In this document: positions 57,316 through 64,000 of the stretch, piece after piece
Numbering within the stretch: the stretch's first letter is position 1
How the letters are laid out: every line of letters begins with the position of its first letter
Origin: an uncultured delta proteobacterium
GTDB taxonomy: Bacteria > Desulfobacterota > Desulfomonilia > Desulfomonilales > Desulfomonilaceae
Reading direction: 5' to 3'
Length of the DNA: 64,000 nt
NCBI GenBank assembly: GCA_963798475.1
Contig: CAWCTI010000018.1
Location: forward strand, 140,976 to 204,975
The notes under the pieces: model-generated
The model's input: the letters and a program-made list of their open reading frames with translations, nothing else
Told to the model about the DNA's origin: nothing
Databases searched by the model: none
Program-made: the position numbers and the translations under genes

Positions 57316-57344
57316 TTGACATAGATAGTCGACCGGTCTAGTTT
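57316..57344 (+). promoter_or_regulatory. candidate promoter of the TetR gene with a palindrome in the spacer
   Basis: TTGACA (57316-21), a 17-nt spacer, then TAGTTT (57339-44). The spacer contains the perfect 8-bp palindrome GACCGGTC (57331-38). Confidence 0.3.
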
Positions 57345-57365
57345 AAGACAGAGGATTCAGTTTGT

Positions 57366-57950
57366 ATGACTAAGCAACATACTAAAACACGAATTATCGC
57401 CGAAGGCGCAAAAATCATTCAAAAGAACGGATTTAATAACACGGGCATTCTTGATGTCCTGAAAGCCGCAGGCGTGCCTAAAGGTTCATTCTACTTTTAT
57501 TTCAAAAGTAAGGAGGACTTTGGACTAGAGGTAATTAATTATCTTGCAGAGTCTTTGCGCCGGACATGGACGCAATCTTCAGAATCTCCAGCAGACTCAC
57601 CCCTTGACAGCCTCAAAAAGAAATTCCAGGACGCTGCAGTCTACTTTCAAAATACGGGCTGCACTGGTGGGTGTCCCATTGGCAATTTGGCCCAAGAAAT
57701 GGGTGACATCAACGACACATTTCGTCAAAGGCTTGAAGAAGTCTTTCGTGAAATGAAGATCATGATAGCGCAATACCTACGCGAGTCACAGGAACTGGAC
57801 GAGATTAATCGCTCTCTCGATACAAACGAACTGGCGGATTTTATTCTCAATAGTTGGGAAGGAGCGCTCTTGCGCATGAAGACTGAAAAAAGTGTAGCTC
57901 CTCTGTTGATTTTTAATAATACAATTTTCGGGACCTTACTGAAGCGATAA
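57366..57950 (+). CDS. TetR/AcrR family transcriptional regulator
   Basis: TetR_N HTH: RIIAEGAKIIQKNGFNNTGILDVLKAAGVPKGSFYFYFKSKEDF. Confidence 0.88.
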   Translation: MTKQHTKTRIIAEGAKIIQKNGFNNTGILDVLKAAGVPKGSFYFYFKSKEDFGLEVINYLAESLRRTWTQSSESPADSPLDSLKKKFQDAAVYFQNTGCTGGCPIGNLAQEMGDINDTFRQRLEEVFREMKIMIAQYLRESQELDEINRSLDTNELADFILNSWEGALLRMKTEKSVAPLLIFNNTIFGTLLKR

Positions 57951-58048
57951 TTTTTTTTGAGAGCTTCATGCTAGACTGGGCTAATACAACAACTCAGAGA
58001 AGTAAGTTAGAGAATTGAGATTACGGATGGAAACAATGGGAGGTTTAA

Positions 58049-60289
58049 ATGTCATCGTGGCAAAAAACAAGCTGTGCGTGTTGCGCTCAAAACTGTGGTC
58101 TCGAAGTGATGGTCCACGAAAACCGAATAACCAAGGTTCGTCCTGACAGGGAAAACCCTCGCAGCGAAGGGTACTGCTGTCGCAAGGGATTGAAAATCGC
58201 TCACTACCAGCACCACGAAGATCGGTTGAAAAGACCGCTCAAAAGGGTAGGCAAGGACTTCAATGAGATATCATGGGACCAGGCGTTGGATGAGATTGCG
58301 GAAAAGCTCAAATCGACAGTGGGGACTTATGGGCCCAAATCTCTCGCTTACATGGGTGGGGGAGGCCAGGGATGCCACTTTGAGGCTGCCTTCGGGGTAC
58401 GGCTTCTCCGAGGGTTGGGATCTCATTATCATTACAACGCGCTAGCGCAAGAGTTAACCGGATATTTCTGGGTGAATGGAAGAGCGTTCGGGCGGCAGTA
58501 TTTGGGGACTATCCCTGACGCCGAACAGACGGACATGTTGTTGGCAGTAGGCTGGAACGGCTGGATGAGCCATCAAATTCCGCAGGCGCGACGACATTTG
58601 AAGAGAATTTCCGAAGCCCCAGATAAGTTGCTAGTGGTAATCGATCCCAGATGTTCAGAGACAGCCCAGAGAGCGGACATACATTTGGCGATTCGTCCCG
58701 GGGCGGATGCTCTGCTCTTTCGATCGATGATAAGTATTATTCTTCAGGAGGGTTGGCAAGACGACAGCTATATTGCAGACCATGTGAATGGATTTGAGTC
58801 GATTCTTTCATGGTTCCTCGATTTCGAACCTCGTCCGGCTATTCGACTCTGCCAGCTCGACTATGATCAGGTTCGCGATGTGTGCCAGCTCCTCTCAACC
58901 AGGAAGTGGTCGTGTCACTCAGATCTTGGAATTCTCATGGGGAGGCACAGCACTGTATCATCTTACCTGGAATTGATCCTGCTATCTATTTGTGGCCGTA
59001 TAGGAGCGTCAGGCGGGAATTTTATACCGGGGCACATTATGCCTATAGGATCTCATTCCGACGAACGTGATCCCAAGGCCTGGCGTACTGTGGCTACTGA
59101 TTTCCCAGCAATTATGGGCTATTTCCCTCCCAATGTCATGCCTGAGGAGATACTTACCGATAAAAATGATCGGCTGCGGGCAGTGCTTGTAAGCGGCTCG
59201 AATCCGTTGAGGTCCTATGCTGACACCTCTGCCTACGAAAAGGCGTATAATTCCCTAGATCTATTGGTAGTCGTGGACGTGGCCTTTACAGAGACAGCTG
59301 CTCTTGCCCACTACGTGCTACCTGCACGGTCAGCATATGAAAAATGGGATGGAACTTTTTTCTCGTGGAACTACCCTGATATATTTTTTCAGATGCGGCG
59401 TCCGGTAGTTGAAGCTGAAGAGGAATGTCTGGAGGAGGGGGAAATCCACATGCGCCTCGTCGATCGCCTGGATTTACTGCCGGAAATTCCTCAAGCGCTG
59501 TATGATTCGGCTTTCGGAGACCGGATGAACTTTGGCATGCAGCTTCTGTCATTTGCTCAGAGCGAGCCTAATGCGATGAAATTCATGCCGTTCATTCTCG
59601 GCAAGACGCTTGGCAAAGCCCTCGGTTCAGTGAACCTTGCCGCACTGTGGGGGATGCTGCAGGTTGCCCCCAAGTCTTTCCGGGAAAACGCCTGTCGCGC
59701 AGGTTTCAGTCCAGGCGTGACCATGGGAGATGAGATTTTCAAAGCCATTCTCGATCACCCGGAAGGAATCTGGATCGGCAAGTGCGATACTTCGAAACCT
59801 TTGAATGAGCTTCATACCGAAGACAAGCGCATAAATGTCTCGATTCCGGAATTGGCGAAAGCTGTCACAAACATCGAAGTTAAAAGTGAAGAGATTGGCC
59901 TGCGTAAGAATCGTGACTACCCTTTCATACTCGCGGCTGGCCGACACATGGATTACAATGCCAACACTATCATGAGGGACCCGGCCTGGAACGAGGGAAA
60001 GAGTAATCCGTGTACACTGATAATGCACCCTGACGATGCCACCGCCCTGAATCTTCGAGACGCTCAGACGGTCAGAGTGACGACCGACGCAGGCTCAGAG
60101 GAGATACAACTGGAAATTTCTAATGCTGCTCGGCCAGGTCAGGTGGTCATGCCACATGGGTTCGGGCTTGTGCATTCAGGCCGCAAACATGGCGCAAACG
60201 TGAATCGATTGACCAGGAGCGACAATAGAGACCCAATCGCAGCCACCCCGCTCCACAGATTCGTTCCATGCAGCGTGAAGACGCTGTGA
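58049..60289 (+). CDS. molybdopterin (bis-MGD) oxidoreductase family protein with N-terminal Cys cluster
   Basis: N-terminal Cys group CACCAQNCGL...CCRKG, a MopB core (AVGWNGWMSH, VVIDPR), and a C-terminal barrel domain (PFILAAGRH...NEG, VRVTT..G). 746 aa. Confidence 0.8.
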   Translation: MSSWQKTSCACCAQNCGLEVMVHENRITKVRPDRENPRSEGYCCRKGLKIAHYQHHEDRLKRPLKRVGKDFNEISWDQALDEIAEKLKSTVGTYGPKSLAYMGGGGQGCHFEAAFGVRLLRGLGSHYHYNALAQELTGYFWVNGRAFGRQYLGTIPDAEQTDMLLAVGWNGWMSHQIPQARRHLKRISEAPDKLLVVIDPRCSETAQRADIHLAIRPGADALLFRSMISIILQEGWQDDSYIADHVNGFESILSWFLDFEPRPAIRLCQLDYDQVRDVCQLLSTRKWSCHSDLGILMGRHSTVSSYLELILLSICGRIGASGGNFIPGHIMPIGSHSDERDPKAWRTVATDFPAIMGYFPPNVMPEEILTDKNDRLRAVLVSGSNPLRSYADTSAYEKAYNSLDLLVVVDVAFTETAALAHYVLPARSAYEKWDGTFFSWNYPDIFFQMRRPVVEAEEECLEEGEIHMRLVDRLDLLPEIPQALYDSAFGDRMNFGMQLLSFAQSEPNAMKFMPFILGKTLGKALGSVNLAALWGMLQVAPKSFRENACRAGFSPGVTMGDEIFKAILDHPEGIWIGKCDTSKPLNELHTEDKRINVSIPELAKAVTNIEVKSEEIGLRKNRDYPFILAAGRHMDYNANTIMRDPAWNEGKSNPCTLIMHPDDATALNLRDAQTVRVTTDAGSEEIQLEISNAARPGQVVMPHGFGLVHSGRKHGANVNRLTRSDNRDPIAATPLHRFVPCSVKTL

Positions 60290-60556
60290 TAACAACAGGT
60301 GAGGAGTATTTCCATTTGGTTTTCCCTTTGCCACAAATACAGCCCTGCAAAAACTGGAGCCCACATCTTGTAATACAGGAGGACAGGATGTGGGCAATCT
60401 TTTCTCTGGAAATGTCTGAAACATTACATCAAGAATAAGGGATTGGCGGTTGTTGAACTCAAGCAAGTAGGTGGACTTGTTTTCGGAGGAGAAAATGGGA
60501 ACTGCAATGATAAAGCAGGTGCCGCTGACGGAGCGCCCGCTGTATTGAAAGGTCGT

Positions 60557-62215
60557 TTATTGGCCTTCTCGATTTCTGATCGCCTCGTCGATTTTGGCTT
60601 TTATAGCGTCAAGGTTAAAGGTAGCTGGAGCTTGCATCGGTGGATACTCAATGGCCGTTTTTGCGAGTTTCCCCACATAATCCTGAACCACCACGAAGCG
60701 CCAGAACTCACGCGCTATAAAATCGTTGATGTACCCCCCCTGGCCGAGATTGTTCAGGCTTTCCCCGCGGGTTGACGGCGTACGTTCGAATGGGTCCTGT
60801 CGAAGGTTCACGATGGAGGGCATGTCGGTCGTGACCTTCTCCCCAGGCCAGCCGTAAGGTTGCTGGAAAAACTGGAACTTAAAGTCATCGATGCAAAGGG
60901 TGCCCAAGTGGAGCCCGCCAAAGTAGAAGATCTCGTGACGAGCGGACGGCCCCTTTCCAGTGAGAAGGACCATCTGATTATAGCCATCGAGGTGGTTTTT
61001 GTATGTACGGTCGCCAATCTTCACTCCCTTGAGTAGTTGGTCGGTGATGCTGGGGTTACCGGCGGCGGCCACGAGGGTCGGGAACCTGTCGAGGCCCGAG
61101 AAGATAACGTTCTCAACCGTGCCCGGTTTAACCTTACCAGGCCAGCGGATGATTGCAGGAACACGGAAGCCACCTTCAAAGACGGTGCCCTTGGTGGCCT
61201 TGAACGGTGTCATGCCGCCATCAGGCCAAGTGAATACCTCCGCCCCGTTGTCAGTGGTGAAGACGACGATGGTGTTGTCCGCCTCGCCGATGTCTTCCAG
61301 GTGCTTCAGGAGGGCTCCAATATCATTGTCCATCTGGGCCATACCCGCCTCTTCCACGTTGTAGTTGTTCTTGGAATTCATGAGAGCCTGGTACTTCGGG
61401 GAGAGGTACGTAAAGACATGCATCCGCGTCGTGTTGTGCCAGATGAAGAAGGGCTTTCCTTCCTTCTTGGCCTTGTCCATGAAGGCATTGGAACTCTCTA
61501 CCAGCACAGAGTCAAAGGTCTCCATATTGTACTTGGCCTTGTAACCCTCCTGCCAGTTCTGGCGGCCAGCCATATTTGGAAAAGGCGCCAAGGGTCCCTC
61601 ATCCACGATTCTTTGCTTTCCAAACTTGCCCCAGCGCGGCATCTCTGTGGGGTCATTCACATCCGTCGCCCAGGAGTGAACTAGATTGCGAGGGCCGACC
61701 TTGTCTACCCAGTCCTGGGGGTAGTCGAACCAGTATGGGTCTGACATCGCGTCGAGGTGGTATAGGTAGCCGAAAAACTCGTCGAAGCCATGCACTGTAG
61801 GCAGGTATTTGTTGAGGTCGCCTAAGTGGTTCTTGCCGAACTGACCGGTAAGATAGCCTTGGGCTTTAAGGGCGGTAGCGAGTGTACAAGCCTGGGCCGG
61901 GAGACCCACATCGGCCCCGGCTTGGCCCACTGTCGTCAAGCCCGTTCGGATTGGCAGTTCCCCTGTGATGATATTCGCTCGGCCAGCCGTGCAGCTTGCC
62001 TCAGCATAGTAGTCGGTGAACATCATCCCTTCGGTCGCAAGTTTGTCCAGGTTCGGCGTCTTGCCCGACATTATGCCGCGGTGGTATGCGCCAATATTGA
62101 ACCAACCTACGTCGTCTCCCATGATGAACAAAATGTTGGGTTTCTTGGCGTCAGCCGCATTGGATGCTTGCCCCACCGCACAGACAACGATGACTGCCAG
62201 CAAAATCGTCAGCAA
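60557..62215 (-). CDS. Cys-type sulfatase (arylsulfatase family), secreted
   Basis: PNILFIMGDDVGW, the formylglycine motif SCTAGRANIITG (C-x-A-x-R), and FGKNHLGD. The track start is TTG; see the finding on a better out-of-frame ATG at 62249. Confidence 0.88.
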   Translation of the reverse strand: MLTILLAVIVVCAVGQASNAADAKKPNILFIMGDDVGWFNIGAYHRGIMSGKTPNLDKLATEGMMFTDYYAEASCTAGRANIITGELPIRTGLTTVGQAGADVGLPAQACTLATALKAQGYLTGQFGKNHLGDLNKYLPTVHGFDEFFGYLYHLDAMSDPYWFDYPQDWVDKVGPRNLVHSWATDVNDPTEMPRWGKFGKQRIVDEGPLAPFPNMAGRQNWQEGYKAKYNMETFDSVLVESSNAFMDKAKKEGKPFFIWHNTTRMHVFTYLSPKYQALMNSKNNYNVEEAGMAQMDNDIGALLKHLEDIGEADNTIVVFTTDNGAEVFTWPDGGMTPFKATKGTVFEGGFRVPAIIRWPGKVKPGTVENVIFSGLDRFPTLVAAAGNPSITDQLLKGVKIGDRTYKNHLDGYNQMVLLTGKGPSARHEIFYFGGLHLGTLCIDDFKFQFFQQPYGWPGEKVTTDMPSIVNLRQDPFERTPSTRGESLNNLGQGGYINDFIAREFWRFVVVQDYVGKLAKTAIEYPPMQAPATFNLDAIKAKIDEAIRNREGQ

Positions 62216-62408
62216 AAAGAACCCCTGTCTTGGCTCTTAACATTTTCATATCCATCCTCCCTGTAAAAATAAGTTAAGTGAATTCCTTGATCGTAATAAT
62301 TTCAAGTGTCTTAGTTTCTTTGCTGGTTTTATAAAGGTCCTTCTTTCTTTTGCAATATTTGAATAAGGCGCCTGCACGAATTGGCAATTGGATCATTTGC
62401 TAGTCTCT

Positions 62409-62777
62409 TCACAATCCTGCGAAATACGTCAAGTAAAAAACGGCGATACCAGTATCAATAACTGCCAAGGCCTTTAACAGGGCTGTTTTTGGCATATCAC
62501 AGAAGAAAACGAGTCCTGCAAAGAAAAGCTTCTCAACAGTGCCGACAACCATTGATGGAACTCGTAAATCCGGCTGAAATACCGCATAGACAAGCAAAGT
62601 CCCTACCAAGAAACCCAGCAGGCCCCAATGGCTGGCCATAAGCAGAGTAAACGGTTGCGGCGTCTCAATACCAAAAACAAACCTCAACATTTGCCGTGGC
62701 GCCGCGCACTGGACTATCGTTAACGCCGTTGCAAGACCCGTAACAACCAGTATCGTTTGAATATGGTCATTTATCAT
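62409..62777 (-). CDS. small hypothetical membrane protein (4 TMs, 122 aa)
   Basis: Four hydrophobic helices. Lies upstream of the sulfatase on the same strand. Confidence 0.55.
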   Translation of the reverse strand: MINDHIQTILVVTGLATALTIVQCAAPRQMLRFVFGIETPQPFTLLMASHWGLLGFLVGTLLVYAVFQPDLRVPSMVVGTVEKLFFAGLVFFCDMPKTALLKALAVIDTGIAVFYLTYFAGL

Positions 62778-63303
62778 GCCTTTTCCTCCTCACCTTCCGA
62801 ATTCACGCCCGTCAAAGGTTCAAACGAGCTTCTTGAAAGAGGGTTTTTAGTCTCTTATCGATGAAATTGACGCCAAATCGCGCACAATATTTTCAAACAC
62901 GACCGTTATGGTCAATGATGTATGCGGGTTGACGCCTATTCCAAGACGACTGGGATTCCCTAAACCTGTTTGGTTCCGGCTTGGCGGGGTTAGGGGGTTT
63001 AAGGATGTGTAATAAATCAGCGTTATGGGCAGGCCCTTCGCTATAGCGCATTTAGCAAAAAGAAGCCTTATGCCTGAGTTAAGTGGAACTCAGAAAGATA
63101 TTGTCACAGTCGCCACACCATCAGGGAAAACATTTTGCAATTCTGCGGTTTTCAGATGGATGTTTTTGTTTACGTTTAAAGGTGATATGCGTAAACTAGA
63201 AAACAAAAAAATAATTGAAAGATCTCTTTGTTTGTTCTCTCGCGTCATGGTGTAGGAGCTTTCACTACATGTCCGAAAATTCTTTTCCAGGGAGCTATTC
63301 CTA

Positions 63304-64000
63304 ATGAAGAAGATTCCTATATTCTTGGCTATTCTGGGTGTCTTATTCGTTTCGACCGCTTTCGCCCAAGATGTCTCAGGGCTTCCTTTACCCAGCTTCA
63401 GTGCGCTATCGGAAAAAGTGAAAGTAAACACTTTTACTCAGGTGGGGTATCAGAGTCTCGGCGCAAACATCAGTCTCCCTCTCGGAGCGCAGCTAGTTGA
63501 TCCTATTGGCGGCGACAGCCTCGAGATTGGCACCATGGATATATCTTTGCAGGACGCGAATTTCTGGACCGGGTCAGTGGGAATGACTCTCACGGCATCG
63601 GAAATTTACAGCTTATTCGTATCCGCCGGAGGGATTCTTCCTCGTCAGTTTGGCGTGGCCGGTCTGGTTCCTGTTAGCACAGACGCTGTCAGCGCTACGG
63701 CGAATTTGAATTTCATCGGTTCGCAAGTAGAGAGTTGGTACATACAGGCCGGGCTGGGTTTAGGGCCGATTCTCGGCGGGCTGTTGTGGAACGATTTTAC
63801 GATGAACATTGGAGATCCGAGTTTGGGTTCGACTCCTCTTCCTAATCAAACACTCCGAGGGTACATGGCCGCAACGACTTTCTGTCCTTACATAGGAGTT
63901 GCGATTCCCGCTTCCAAGGCGCTAGCTACCATTCTTTACAGCCCTCTGTCATATTGTAATGCGAAGTTGGCGCTTAGAAATAGGACTTCCTCTCAACTTC
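63304..64000 (+). CDS. signal-peptide protein, 3' end outside window (possibly an outer-membrane beta-barrel type); not in the supplied ORF track
   Basis: ATG 63304 follows gggag. I read frame 1 through to nt 64000 without a stop (232 codons). The N-terminus is MKKIPIFLAILGVLFVSTAFA-QD. The body is Gly/Ser/aromatic-rich with alternating hydrophobicity. Confidence 0.55.
   Translation, partial: MKKIPIFLAILGVLFVSTAFAQDVSGLPLPSFSALSEKVKVNTFTQVGYQSLGANISLPLGAQLVDPIGGDSLEIGTMDISLQDANFWTGSVGMTLTASEIYSLFVSAGGILPRQFGVAGLVPVSTDAVSATANLNFIGSQVESWYIQAGLGLGPILGGLLWNDFTMNIGDPSLGSTPLPNQTLRGYMAATTFCPYIGVAIPASKALATILYSPLSYCNAKLALRNRTSSQL

Overview
This is a 64-kb bacterial chromosomal window. Its gene content (sigma-54 activator, HD-GYP proteins, DUF35/thiolase module, anaerobe-style fermentation genes) suggests a Desulfobacterota/deltaproteobacterium-like anaerobe; that placement is inference only. 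All calls come from reading the ORF translations and the DNA by eye, with no database search.

Layout:
- 1-4 kb: sigma-54 activator (5' partial), a small secreted protein, a histidine kinase and a 215-aa helical protein.
- 4.1-5.5 kb: gene-poor stretch. It holds a 467-bp element bounded by 45-bp near-perfect terminal inverted repeats and a TA duplication, and the element carries a Cys-rich mini-protein gene with an in-frame G9 tract.
- 5.5-9 kb: HlyD-type adaptor plus two ABC-2 permeases, with no ATPase gene.
- 9-14.3 kb: a duplicated gene fragment, mgtC, an ankyrin-repeat protein, a split tandem HD/HD-GYP gene and an IS630-family insertion sequence with TA duplication.
- 14.5-35.5 kb: 13 co-directional minus-strand genes: a MerR+TetR fusion regulator, TetR, a paralogue of the 215-aa helical protein, an RND adaptor, a 1190-aa RND pump, then glgP-glgX-ldh-pta-ackA-pyk-fba-pfk (glycogen-to-acetate/lactate route).
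- 35.8-45.1 kb: plus-strand CoA-dependent catabolic cluster: thiolase-like protein, DUF35-crotonase fusion, acyl-CoA dehydrogenase, frameshifted acyl-CoA ligase, amidohydrolase-2, OYE/FeS reductase, SCP2 and SDR.
- 45.3-48.7 kb: decay/islet zone with an arylsulfatase C-terminal remnant, an SRAP peptidase, an AT-rich ICMT-like methyltransferase and a membrane protein.
- 48.9-55.6 kb: ribose-type ABC importer plus FucI-like isomerase plus FGGY pentulose kinase.
- 55.9-64 kb: bicupin (oxalate decarboxylase family), TetR, molybdopterin oxidoreductase, Cys-type sulfatase, a small membrane protein, and a signal-peptide protein that runs off the 3' edge and is absent from the ORF track.

I saw no rRNA, tRNA or CRISPR array.

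The most interesting items are:
- the TIR-bounded element with its Cys-rich cargo;
- the paralogous helical proteins, each placed upstream of a membrane-fusion-protein efflux operon;
- the bbs-like catabolic cluster, with an unusual DUF35-crotonase fusion and a dual-HTH regulator.

Several reading-frame breaks need read-level verification.
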